A stretch of 64,000 nucleotides of DNA from Chloroflexota bacterium. Lineage in GTDB: Bacteria; Chloroflexota; Dehalococcoidia; GIF9; AB-539-J10. Positions 18,636 to 28,044 of the stretch are shown here, in pieces (the first letter of the stretch is position 1; each line of letters starts with the position of its first letter). The position numbers were made by a program, and so were the translations under genes. The stretch lies in assembly GCA_036834125.1 (NCBI GenBank), contig DAITOK010000004.1, positions 4,446 through 68,445 of the forward strand. The letters are read 5' to 3'. The notes beneath the pieces are model-generated. The model was not told the DNA's origin, ran no database searches, and saw nothing but the letters and a program-made list of their open reading frames with translations.

Positions 18636-19931
18636 CTAAGCTCTTTCCCAAATAGCTGCCATCCCTTGTCCGCCACCAATGCACATAGTTTCCAAGCCAC
18701 GTCGTAGATTTCTGTGCACCATGTCATAGATGATGGTAACAGCTATTCTAGCTCCGGTGCAACCGATAGGATGACCCAAAGAAATGCCCCCGCCATGAGG
18801 ATTGATGTGGTTGAAATCCCACCCAAGCTCTTTCATACAACCCAGTACCTGGGCAGCAAAGGCCTCGTTGAGTTCAATGACATCAAAATCCTCGTTGCTC
18901 AGCCCTGTCCTTTTCAGCAGCTTTCTTACCGCGGGCACAGGACCCAGCCCCATATACTTTGGGTCTATCCCGCCTGAAGCCCAAGCCCTCAGGACTGCCG
19001 TAGGTTTAAGACCTAATTCTCTGGCTTTCTCGCGAGACATAAGCACTACAGCCGCAGCAGCATCATTAATACCTGACGAGTTGCCAGCTGTGACTGTTCC
19101 ATCTTTGCGGAAAGCTGGGGCAAGTTTAGCCATTTTCTCCATAGAAGTGTCCATCGGCCGTTCATCAGTATCGAAAATAACAGGCTCGCCCTTCTTTTGT
19201 GGAATAGCCACAGGTACTATTTCATCCTTGAACAAACCGTCAGCAATCGCTTTCCGTGCCCGCATATGACTAAGGTAGCCTATCTCATCCTGCTGCTCAC
19301 GGGTGAAGCCGTATCTCCTAGCAATCTCTTCAGCAGTATTTCCCATGTGATAGCCATAGAATATTTCCCACAGTCCGTCAAATACCATAAGGTCTATAAG
19401 CTCCCCTCTGGCACCGACATCCATACGGTAGCCCCAGCGTGCTTTAGGGAGGGCATACGGAGTATTGCTCATGTTTTCCATACCCCCAGCAATCACTACT
19501 TCAGCCTCTCCCAACATTATGGCTTCTGCCCCTAGGGTGATAGCCTTTAACCCTGAGGCACATACCTTATTCACGGTGAAGGCTGGGGTTTCTTTGGGAA
19601 TGCCGGCGTAAATTGATGCCTGACGGGCGACGTTTTGTCCCTGCGCTCCTTGAAGGACATTCCCCATAATTACTTCATCAACCTGCACAGGGCGCAAAGA
19701 GGAATCGTAATCATAATATTTCTTTTCCAGCTCTATCATGCCATCACACTTGAGTGCATCAGGAGTGTAACTTAGTGCTTCTTCACTGGATTTTGGTCTC
19801 AGGCTGGCTCGTTTAAGTGCCTCCTTGATTACGATAGCGCCTAGTTCAACTACAGGTATATCTTTTAAAGAACCGCCAAACGCACCAATTGCTGTCCTAG
19901 CACCACTGACAACGACTACTTCTCTTGCCAT
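18636..19931 (-). CDS. acetyl-CoA C-acyltransferase (thiolase II-type)
   Basis: 431 aa with the active-site Cys in NKVCASGLKAI, a C-terminal GGGQGMA and a CIGGGQG-like motif. Confidence 0.9.
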   Translation of the reverse strand: MAREVVVVSGARTAIGAFGGSLKDIPVVELGAIVIKEALKRASLRPKSSEEALSYTPDALKCDGMIELEKKYYDYDSSLRPVQVDEVIMGNVLQGAQGQNVARQASIYAGIPKETPAFTVNKVCASGLKAITLGAEAIMLGEAEVVIAGGMENMSNTPYALPKARWGYRMDVGARGELIDLMVFDGLWEIFYGYHMGNTAEEIARRYGFTREQQDEIGYLSHMRARKAIADGLFKDEIVPVAIPQKKGEPVIFDTDERPMDTSMEKMAKLAPAFRKDGTVTAGNSSGINDAAAAVVLMSREKARELGLKPTAVLRAWASGGIDPKYMGLGPVPAVRKLLKRTGLSNEDFDVIELNEAFAAQVLGCMKELGWDFNHINPHGGGISLGHPIGCTGARIAVTIIYDMVHRNLRRGLETMCIGGGQGMAAIWERA

Positions 19932-20023
19932 GATTTAATCTCCTTCCTGTTGAAACTTCTTTTCGGTAAGGTGCCTAATACCCTTAGCTAAGCAAAACCG
20001 CAGTCTAGCGCTTAAACGTCAGA

Positions 20024-20449
20024 CTATAAAGGTTTGAATGCCAGAAAAGTCGTCGAGTTGGCTCCTTCGCCTCTATGCAAAAACGTTACCTGAACCAAAG
20101 TGCCGATTTTTATGGTTTCGGGCTTGTTGCCGTCTACACCCTCGATACGAGCCACCACTTTCACTCCTTCCTCTAGCTCTACCACGCCGGAGACGTAAGG
20201 AAGTTTCCTATCATAACCTTCTTTTATCATGAACGGAGGACCTATTGCTATGCAGGTAAAAGCCACAAGCTTGCCTTTCCCTTTCATCTCAACCCACTTC
20301 ATTTTAGTGCCATAACACTTGATGCAAATAGGGCGGGGCGGGACAAAAAGAGACCCACACTTCAGACATTTCGACCCCATCAACTTTTCTTCATTGAGGA
20401 ACCGCTCATAAGAAATATCATTCAAGAGCCTTTCTTCCATTTGCTTCAT
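20024..20449 (-). CDS. Zn-ribbon OB-fold protein (DUF35 family), thiolase partner
   Basis: 141 aa with the CLKCGSLFVPPRPICIKC zinc ribbon followed by an OB-fold. It overlaps the upstream thiolase-like gene by 4 nt. Confidence 0.8.
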   Translation of the reverse strand: MKQMEERLLNDISYERFLNEEKLMGSKCLKCGSLFVPPRPICIKCYGTKMKWVEMKGKGKLVAFTCIAIGPPFMIKEGYDRKLPYVSGVVELEEGVKVVARIEGVDGNKPETIKIGTLVQVTFLHRGEGANSTTFLAFKPL

Positions 20450-21711
20450 CTCCTTTCCAGGATGACAAACGTAGAAGTACCTCCTGTCCCGCCCAAGCTT
20501 TGAGCTGCACCAAATCGTAAATCCTTAATAGGAACTTGCCTTTCTCCTGCTTCGCCTCTCAATTGCTTCCAAATCTCCACAAGCTGCCCTGTGCCTGTGG
20601 CCCCTACGGGATGACCTTTGCACTTAAGCCCCCCTGAGGTATTGATAGGCTTAGCACCATCCAATCTTGTCAACCCTTCCGCTACTGCTTTGTACCCTTC
20701 TCCGGGCTTGAAAAAACCTAAATCTTCAATGTGAATAATCTCAGCTATGGAGAAGCAATCATGAACCTCAGCGATTTGAATGTCTGCAGGCTTGAGCCCC
20801 GCTAGCTCATAGGCTTCTTGTGCGGCATATCTCGTAGCTTCGAAATAAGTGAGGTCTTCTTTGGCATGCAAAGCCTTACCACTACCTTGCCCAATACCCA
20901 CAACATACAATGGGTTATCAGTGAAATCCCTGGCTATTTCCTCGGCCACTAACAACACACAACTTGCCCCGTCACTGATGGGACAACAATCGTAGAGATG
21001 CATGGGCCAGGCAACTACGGGATTGGCTTGCGGGTCGCTGAGAAACTCCTTTTCGTCCCTCCACTTGGGTACAGGCTGCCCCATTTTCTTAGCCCTCTCA
21101 ATTCTCTGGTTCATGATGTCACGAATAGAGACATTGAATTGTGCCTTGGGGTTAAGGCGAGCATTATTGTGGCTTTTTATGGTCACATTCATCAGATGCT
21201 CTCGATTAGCTCCGTATTTAGCGAAATAGGCAACAGCTATGGCGCCAAAAACACCGGGAAAGGTAAATCCAGACTTCGCTTCATAAGGGCTGGCAGCCAT
21301 GGCCAGTCCCTGTGTAACTTCCTCCGTGCTCCGTTTGGACATCTCTTCGACCCCACCAACTAACACTACATCGTAGAACCCTGAGGCTATAGCAAAAACC
21401 CCCTCTCTGAATGCCAGCGCGCTGGAAGCACAAGCCCCTTCCGTCCGCGTGGCTGGTTTAGCCGTAAACCCTAGCAAATCTGAGATTATGGGGCCCCAGT
21501 GTCCCTGACGAACAAAGAAATCATTCGTGAAATTCCCTAGATAGATAGCATCAATGTCTTTAGGGTCTACTCCTTTATCCACTGTGGAAAGCATCTCTTG
21601 GAAAGCTTCAGCAAATAAGTATTTTGAATCCTTGTCTCTAAACACGCCAAACTTTGACATTCCCGCACCCACCATAGCTATTCCTCTCCCTAATTTTCTG
21701 CGCCCTCGCAT
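20446..21711 (-). CDS. thiolase-domain protein (SCP-x / archaeal-type thiolase family)
   Basis: It has the catalytic Cys in TRTEGACASSA and a C-terminal GGLKCKGHPVGATG. I set the start at ATG 21711 (MRGRR) directly after GGAGG. The longer ORF would overlap the amz gene region. Confidence 0.8.
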   Translation of the reverse strand: MRGRRKLGRGIAMVGAGMSKFGVFRDKDSKYLFAEAFQEMLSTVDKGVDPKDIDAIYLGNFTNDFFVRQGHWGPIISDLLGFTAKPATRTEGACASSALAFREGVFAIASGFYDVVLVGGVEEMSKRSTEEVTQGLAMAASPYEAKSGFTFPGVFGAIAVAYFAKYGANREHLMNVTIKSHNNARLNPKAQFNVSIRDIMNQRIERAKKMGQPVPKWRDEKEFLSDPQANPVVAWPMHLYDCCPISDGASCVLLVAEEIARDFTDNPLYVVGIGQGSGKALHAKEDLTYFEATRYAAQEAYELAGLKPADIQIAEVHDCFSIAEIIHIEDLGFFKPGEGYKAVAEGLTRLDGAKPINTSGGLKCKGHPVGATGTGQLVEIWKQLRGEAGERQVPIKDLRFGAAQSLGGTGGTSTFVILERR

Positions 21712-21740
21712 ATTACCTCCTAAATAGAAATCCTGGTCGC

Positions 21741-22256
21741 TCAAAAAATAATCCTGGGGCAGCACTGAGGACAAAAATACATTTCCTTCAAATCAGTATC
21801 AGCCAGGCTATTAGAAAAGTGCATGACACACTTATTGTTGGAACAATGCCCCAAGCCAAAAGTGTGCCCCAGTTCATGAATTATCTCTTTGGTGGCTCTC
21901 TCTAGAAACAAAGTTTCGTTCGGAGCTAAACCGTAATATTCTTGCTTCAGCCGATACAGAGATATAATGGCTGTGCCTGAGACCGCATCGGCCTCGCCAA
22001 ATACAAAGTTAAGCTTGGGAACATAAAGATCCACATCGGTTATACCCACAACCCTTTCCCCCTTTTCGGACCTCCCCAGAAAAGCTAGCAATTTCGAGGA
22101 AAAGTACTGCTTCCTCTGTGGATCATAAGCCTGAGTTAAATCGGTAAGACCTTTCCCTATCTGCACAATACAATGGAAAACTCCACTAACCCTGTCCCTA
22201 AGCTTCTCCATTATCTCATCAGCCACCTCGCCCATTGGCTTAAGTGTGATTTTCAC
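21741..22256 (-). CDS. amzA: archaemetzincin-like zinc metallopeptidase
   Basis: 171 aa with HELGHTFGLGHC (HExxHxxGxxH plus Cys) and a C-terminal CPQCC. Confidence 0.85.
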   Translation of the reverse strand: MKITLKPMGEVADEIMEKLRDRVSGVFHCIVQIGKGLTDLTQAYDPQRKQYFSSKLLAFLGRSEKGERVVGITDVDLYVPKLNFVFGEADAVSGTAIISLYRLKQEYYGLAPNETLFLERATKEIIHELGHTFGLGHCSNNKCVMHFSNSLADTDLKEMYFCPQCCPRIIF

Positions 22257-22585
22257 TCGAGCTTGCTTTTGCTCCTAAATGATTCTTTGAGATTTTACCA
22301 CAGACTGAGCGGGACGCAATGTTTAATAGTATAGTTAACCGCACAACCCCATCCAAATTTCCTAGCCTTGATGGGAGAGGATTAAGCTGAGAGTCCCCTC
22401 TTAATATGAGAGATATTAGAGGAGTCAGAAGTAACCTCCGCTCAGATCGTCATGATTTACAAGGGAAATAAGGCGAAGAGAGGCCTTCCTCCGAGGAGTA
22501 GCTAACTGAGAATAGCACGAGCTTCTGGGATAAACTATATTATATAGTTATAGTATATTTAATTTTAATTTATAATTGTTCAACA

Positions 22586-23920
22586 TTGAGGCAGGAATTG
22601 ACTTACCATCAAGCGGAAGAGTATCTCAATAGTTTCGTTAATTACGAACAAATTCCTGGCATATCCTATGCCCAGCCTGGCTATAGCCTAAGGCATGTCG
22701 AAGAGTTACTAAATCGCATAGATAACCCTCATTTGGCAGCTAGGACTGTTCATATCGCCGGCACTAAGGGCAAAGGAAGTGTAGCGGCGATGATCGCCCA
22801 AGTCCTGACTACTTCAGGATATAGGACCGGGCTGTATACCTCTCCTCACCTTCTCACTCTCAGGGAGCGCATCAAACTGGATGGCAGTTTAATTTCCGAA
22901 GCCGATTTTGCTAACACCCTGACTGAGATCGAGCCTTTCATCGAATCTATGAAGCAAGACGCTACCTTCCGACAACTGACCTATTTTGAGGCATTCACTG
23001 TGCTGGCATTTGCCTACTTCCGGAAAAAACAAGTGGACTTTCAGGTTCTGGAAGTGGGTCTCGGCGGCAGACTTGACGCTACTAATGTTGTGCCTGATCC
23101 TCTAGTGTGTGTTATTACCTCCATTAGCTTTGACCATATGCAGATTCTGGGTAATACTTTGGGCGAAATCGCTCGGGAGAAGGGCGGTATTATCAAGCCT
23201 GGTTGTTGGGTAGTGCTTTCTCCTCAGCCGGATGAAGCAGCTTCAGTATTCTACAATATTTGTCAAGAGAAAAAAGCTAAGGTGGTTCAGGTAGGAAAAG
23301 ATGTCACCTGGCATAAGCTGAGCAGTGACCTCTCTCAACAATCGCTGGTGGTCAATGGCAGAATGGGTAGATACCAGGTTGCTATTCCTCTTTTGGGTGA
23401 TTTTCAGCTTGAGAACGCGGCCGTTGCTATAGCTGCCTTAGAAGTCCTGGCTTCCCAAGGCTTTGCCGTCTCGGCGGCTGATATTGCCAAGGGACTGGCT
23501 CAAGTTAACTGGCCAGGACGATTCCAGATTGTGCGAAGAAATCCTTTGGTAGTAATTGACGGTGCTCACAATGTGGCGTCAATAAGAAGGCTCGTGAGCA
23601 ATATTCAAGAATACTTCCCCGGTAAAAGGATTCTCCTTGTCTTTGGAACATCCTCCGACAAAGACATACCAGGAATAGTAAGTGAGCTGGCTTACCTCTC
23701 CCCTAAGGTTATACTAACACAGGCATCCCATTCCCGCGCTGCCCCTTTGGGAACTTTAGCTGCCGAATTCCACAAACAGGGTATGGAGCCTGAAACTGGC
23801 GCCAGTGTCAGCCAAGCTATATCCCGCGCCCTGTCTCTGGCAGACAGTGCCGATGTTATCTGCGTTACCGGCTCGCTCTTTGTCGTGGCAGAGGCATTAG
23901 CCTACTTCTCAGAAAGCTGA
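22586..23920 (+). CDS. folC: bifunctional folylpolyglutamate synthase / dihydrofolate synthase
   Basis: 444 aa with the P-loop HIAGTKGKGS and Mur-ligase-family architecture. Confidence 0.85.
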   Translation: MRQELTYHQAEEYLNSFVNYEQIPGISYAQPGYSLRHVEELLNRIDNPHLAARTVHIAGTKGKGSVAAMIAQVLTTSGYRTGLYTSPHLLTLRERIKLDGSLISEADFANTLTEIEPFIESMKQDATFRQLTYFEAFTVLAFAYFRKKQVDFQVLEVGLGGRLDATNVVPDPLVCVITSISFDHMQILGNTLGEIAREKGGIIKPGCWVVLSPQPDEAASVFYNICQEKKAKVVQVGKDVTWHKLSSDLSQQSLVVNGRMGRYQVAIPLLGDFQLENAAVAIAALEVLASQGFAVSAADIAKGLAQVNWPGRFQIVRRNPLVVIDGAHNVASIRRLVSNIQEYFPGKRILLVFGTSSDKDIPGIVSELAYLSPKVILTQASHSRAAPLGTLAAEFHKQGMEPETGASVSQAISRALSLADSADVICVTGSLFVVAEALAYFSES

Positions 23921-24192
23921 GCTTCCAGAGGAGAAACGAGGGCTTCCTTGGGCAACATGTTGCGAAGGATTTGCTGAACCGCCATGATGTGGCTACATAT
24001 TGCCCATTGTGAAAAGAAGTGGCAACTACAATGCCATTTCCCGTCCGCATAGCTCAGCTTATGGTTATCATTCTCCCCACGGAAAGTAGCGGTTAACTCT
24101 GAGAAAGTGATACGACCCGGTTCCTGAGCATATCTTTTGGCTTTTTCGATCTTCCCGATCAGGCTTGACCGCATCTTACTTCCTGACTTCAT
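23902..24192 (-). CDS. small hypothetical protein with SWIM-type zinc-finger motif
   Basis: 96 aa with CSCHFFSQWAICSHIMA (CxC...CxH). It overlaps the folC 3' end on the opposite strand. The start may be an internal Met. Confidence 0.4.
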   Translation of the reverse strand: MKSGSKMRSSLIGKIEKAKRYAQEPGRITFSELTATFRGENDNHKLSYADGKWHCSCHFFSQWAICSHIMAVQQILRNMLPKEALVSPLEAQLSEK

Positions 24193-24278
24193 CAGTTTAC
24201 CACAGAAAACAGAGAGAATCCAGCGTCGGCAGCCAGGTGCAATTATGGTATCATACTACTGGGTTTGGTAAAGATACG

Positions 24279-24806
24279 ATGACCCGGGAGCCACAACTTA
24301 AACTTCTCATCAGCCACGATGAAATAGCTAAAGCTGTCAAAAGGCTAGCTCGTGAAATCCAGAAGGATTATCAAACTAAGAAACCTGTGCTGATAGGCAT
24401 CCTCAAAGGGTCATTTGTGTTCCTCGCTGACCTGATTCGGCAGCTTGATCTACCTCTGGAAGTTGACTTTGTCCAGCTCTCGAGCTATGGCTCTGCCAAA
24501 GACAGCTCGGGCAAGGTGCGCGTAATTAAAGCACTTAAGACGCCTATAAGGGGACGAGATGTTTTAGTGGTTGAAGATATCGTAGACACTGGGATTACCA
24601 CCTCTTTTTTGCTCGATTACCTAAGGAACAAAAGGCCGGCGTCGTTAAAGCTCTGCACACTTGCTGACAAGCCTGCCCGACACAAAGTTCCTGTATCCGT
24701 TGACTATCTGGGCTTCACCGTGCCGAATAAATTCATCGTGGGATACGGATTGGACCTCGACCAGAAATTCCGCAACTTGCCCGATATTTACACCATAGAG
24801 GATTAA
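24279..24806 (+). CDS. hpt: hypoxanthine phosphoribosyltransferase
   Basis: It has the PRPP-binding motif VLVVEDIVDTGIT and an N-terminus typical of HGPRT. I chose the start at internal ATG 24279 (MTREPQ). The long N-terminal extension in the ORF track is unlikely to be translated. Confidence 0.85.
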   Translation: MTREPQLKLLISHDEIAKAVKRLAREIQKDYQTKKPVLIGILKGSFVFLADLIRQLDLPLEVDFVQLSSYGSAKDSSGKVRVIKALKTPIRGRDVLVVEDIVDTGITTSFLLDYLRNKRPASLKLCTLADKPARHKVPVSVDYLGFTVPNKFIVGYGLDLDQKFRNLPDIYTIED

Positions 24807-24943
24807 TGCAGTTAACGCTAGGACTTCTCGCCATCCTGTTTCCTTTGGCGACAGGAGGCTAGAGAGAAATAGGTCAACCCCATATCAATCCTATCCTTTG
24901 AGGAAGAGGAGTTTAATATGAAATTGTCTGAGAGGATTAGAAG

Positions 24944-26635
24944 ATGAATCTAAAAGAGCTTGTTTCGGTAGCGAGAGGAGACACTGAAGCTGATCTACTC
25001 TTTAAGAATGCTCAAGTGGTGAATACACTGACAGGCGAAATAGAGCCAGCTAACGTCGCCATCTACAGCGATAGGATCGCCGGCGTCGGGGATTACGAGA
25101 AAGCCAAAGAAACTATAGACTTACAAGGACAGTTCTTGGCTCCTGGACTTATCAATGGACATACACATATTGAAAGCTCCATGCTCCATCCAGCTAGATA
25201 TGCCCAAGCAGTTGTGCCCAGAGGCACTTTGACAGTGGTCACTGATCTCCACGAGATTGCCAACGTCTGTGGACCTAGAGGCATAAAATTCGTCCTCACC
25301 TGGGCAAAAAAGCTTCCACTGGACATGTTCTTCATGGCTCCATCTTGTGTACCGGCAAGTCGGTTGGAGACATCAGGCGCTCGCATCACTTCCAGCGAAA
25401 TAAAGAGGCTCCTGGCTCATCCCAGGGTAATCGGTTTGGGTGAGGTGATGAATTTCCCCGGTGTGGTCACAGGAGATGAAGAGGTCTTGAAGAAGATAGA
25501 GGCCTCTCAAGGTAGGGTAATTGACGGACATGCTCCGGGGCTGTCCGGCAAGGAACTGAATGCCTATCTCTCGGCAGGTATTCTTTCTGACCACGAATCC
25601 ACCACGTTGAATGAAGGAGCCGAAAAGCTGCGTCGGGGTATGTATCTGATGATTCGAGAGGGCTCGTCTGAGAAGAATCTGGATGCTCTTCTGCCTCTGG
25701 TTACCGACAAAACTTACAAAAGATGCTTCTTTGTGGCGGACGATCGCAGTTGCTCTGATTTGCTTCGCGAAGGCGATATTGACGCAATAGTCCGCAAGGC
25801 TATCGAGAAAGGGCTGGACCCTGTCAGGGCAATTCAGATGGCAACAATCAACCCTGCCGAATATTTTAGGCTCCGCGACCGTGGGGCTATGGCTCCAGGC
25901 TATGCTGCCGACCTTATCACCATCACGGACCTAGCCAAATTCGAAATAGATATGGTGTTCCACAAGGGGAGGCTGGTAGCTAGGCAGGGTAAGCCCTTAT
26001 TCCCCCCACCACCCGTCACTCTAGAACTGAAGGACACAGTGCGGGTTAAATCCATCACGGCAAGGTCACTGAGAATAGCTGCTGCTAACGAGACCTACCC
26101 GGTTATCGAAATCGTTCGTGGACAGATAGTGACCAAAAAGACAATGGAAAAGGTAAAAGTTGATTATGATGGCACGGCTATGCCCGATGTGGAAAGGGAT
26201 ATCCTGAAGCTGGTAGTCGTGGAAAGGCACAGGGCTAGCGGCAATATCGGAGTAGGCTTAGTCAAGGGATTTGGCTTGAAAAAGGGAGCATTAGCCTCGT
26301 CAGTGGCTCACGACTCTCACAATATAATAGCAGTAGGCGCCGATGACCTCGACATCCTCAAGGCAATTGAAGAAATTAATAGGCTACAAGGCGGGCTGGT
26401 TGTTTGCGCCAACCTGGAAATCCTCGCTTCCCTACCCTTGCCCATCGCTGGCTTGCTTTCCCCAGAGCCGCTGGATGTAGTCGTATTCCAGTATGAAACA
26501 GTAGAGAAGGCTGCGGCTAGTCTGGGCAACTTGCCCCCGTCTCCATTCGCTATCCTTTCCTTCCTCGCCTTGCCTGTGATTCCCGAACTCAGGCTGACGG
26601 ACCTAGGCCTGGTGGACGTCAAGAATTCATACTGA
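24944..26635 (+). CDS. ade: adenine deaminase
   Basis: 563-aa amidohydrolase with the INGHTHIESS metal-binding motif and Ade-family length and architecture. Confidence 0.85.
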   Translation: MNLKELVSVARGDTEADLLFKNAQVVNTLTGEIEPANVAIYSDRIAGVGDYEKAKETIDLQGQFLAPGLINGHTHIESSMLHPARYAQAVVPRGTLTVVTDLHEIANVCGPRGIKFVLTWAKKLPLDMFFMAPSCVPASRLETSGARITSSEIKRLLAHPRVIGLGEVMNFPGVVTGDEEVLKKIEASQGRVIDGHAPGLSGKELNAYLSAGILSDHESTTLNEGAEKLRRGMYLMIREGSSEKNLDALLPLVTDKTYKRCFFVADDRSCSDLLREGDIDAIVRKAIEKGLDPVRAIQMATINPAEYFRLRDRGAMAPGYAADLITITDLAKFEIDMVFHKGRLVARQGKPLFPPPPVTLELKDTVRVKSITARSLRIAAANETYPVIEIVRGQIVTKKTMEKVKVDYDGTAMPDVERDILKLVVVERHRASGNIGVGLVKGFGLKKGALASSVAHDSHNIIAVGADDLDILKAIEEINRLQGGLVVCANLEILASLPLPIAGLLSPEPLDVVVFQYETVEKAAASLGNLPPSPFAILSFLALPVIPELRLTDLGLVDVKNSY

Positions 26636-26659
26636 TTAGGTAAAAAGGACAGGAAAGTT

Positions 26660-28006
26660 TTACTTCTGCCGTGTGGTCCATAGTGGGGTAGCATCGAAAG
26701 CCTCACCTCTGAGTTTGGCTGCTAAGATTTTCTCCAGTTCCTCTATAGGCACCCGGATTTGCGCCAGGCTGTCCCTTTCCCGAATGGTAACCTGCTTATC
26801 CTCTAAGGACTCAAAATCTATAGTAACGCAGAAGGGGGTGCCTATTTCGTCCTGTCGGCGATACCTCCGCCCTATGCTTTGAGAATCATCATATTCAGCG
26901 ACGAAATGCTGGCATAACTTCTTATAAACCTCTTTAGCCAGCGGGGTCAATTTCTCGTTCCGGCTCAAAGGCAAGACAGCTACTTTGATGGGAGCTATCG
27001 AGGGATGTAAATGGAGGACTGTCCTCTTTTCCCCTTCGACCTGTTCTTCATCGTAGGCATCAATGAGAAAAGCCAACACAGAGCGGTCAACGCCCGCGGA
27101 AGGCTCAATAACATAGGGAACGTATCTTTCGCTAGTCTCGGCATCATAATAACTGAGATCCTTGCCACTACATTTGGCATGCTGCGTGAGGTCGAAATTG
27201 CCTCTGTTGGCAATGCCTTCCAGTTCCGACCAACCCATTGGGAACAGATACTCGATGTCGTAACAATCTTTGGCATAGTGGGCAAGCTCTTCCTTGCCAT
27301 GGCGACGCAGGCGGAGGTTTTCTTTCCTGATGCCCAGCTTGATATACCAGTTGAAACGCTCTTTAACCCAATAATCGAGCCACTGCTCATCAGTGCCAGG
27401 TTTAACGAAGTACTCCAGCTCCATATGCTCAAACTCTCTGGTTCTAAAAATAAAATTGCCTGTAGTGATTTCGTTGCGGAAGGACTTGCCTATCTGCGCA
27501 ATGCCCAAAGGCAATCTTTTCCGGGAAGTGGCGATGACATTCTCGAAGTTAACGAAGATACCCTGTGCCGTTTCGGGGCGTAAATAGACTATGCTCGCCT
27601 CCTCCTCTACAGGACCCATAAAGGTCTTAAACATCAAGTTAAACATACGAGGCTCAGTCAGTTCACCGCCGCATTCAAGACAACTCTTGCCATCTACTTG
27701 GTCTGCTCGCCACCTCAGATGACATGATTTACATTCCACGAGAGGGTCTACAAAGCTGTCAACATGACCACTAGCTTTCCAAACCCCCGGATGCATCATA
27801 ATAGATGTCTCAATACCGACCACATCATCCCTTTCATGGACTATCGCCTTCCACCATGCCTCTCGGACATTGCGTTTAAGCTCCACTCCGATAGGACCAT
27901 AATCCCAGCAGCTTGCCAGACCACCGTATATTTCGCTGCTGGGGAAAATAATACCCCTCCGCTTACACAGGGAAACAATCTTGTCCATGTCAACTTTAGT
28001 CGGCAT
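26660..28006 (-). CDS. glyQS: glycine--tRNA ligase (dimeric class II GlyQS type)
   Basis: 448 aa. The N-terminus [22 protein letters not shown] is characteristic of GlyRS, and class II motifs are present. Confidence 0.9.
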   Translation of the reverse strand: MPTKVDMDKIVSLCKRRGIIFPSSEIYGGLASCWDYGPIGVELKRNVREAWWKAIVHERDDVVGIETSIMMHPGVWKASGHVDSFVDPLVECKSCHLRWRADQVDGKSCLECGGELTEPRMFNLMFKTFMGPVEEEASIVYLRPETAQGIFVNFENVIATSRKRLPLGIAQIGKSFRNEITTGNFIFRTREFEHMELEYFVKPGTDEQWLDYWVKERFNWYIKLGIRKENLRLRRHGKEELAHYAKDCYDIEYLFPMGWSELEGIANRGNFDLTQHAKCSGKDLSYYDAETSERYVPYVIEPSAGVDRSVLAFLIDAYDEEQVEGEKRTVLHLHPSIAPIKVAVLPLSRNEKLTPLAKEVYKKLCQHFVAEYDDSQSIGRRYRRQDEIGTPFCVTIDFESLEDKQVTIRERDSLAQIRVPIEELEKILAAKLRGEAFDATPLWTTRQK

Positions 28007-28044
28007 CTTCTCTAGGTCTCCTCCTTCGAAAAATCATGCTATAC

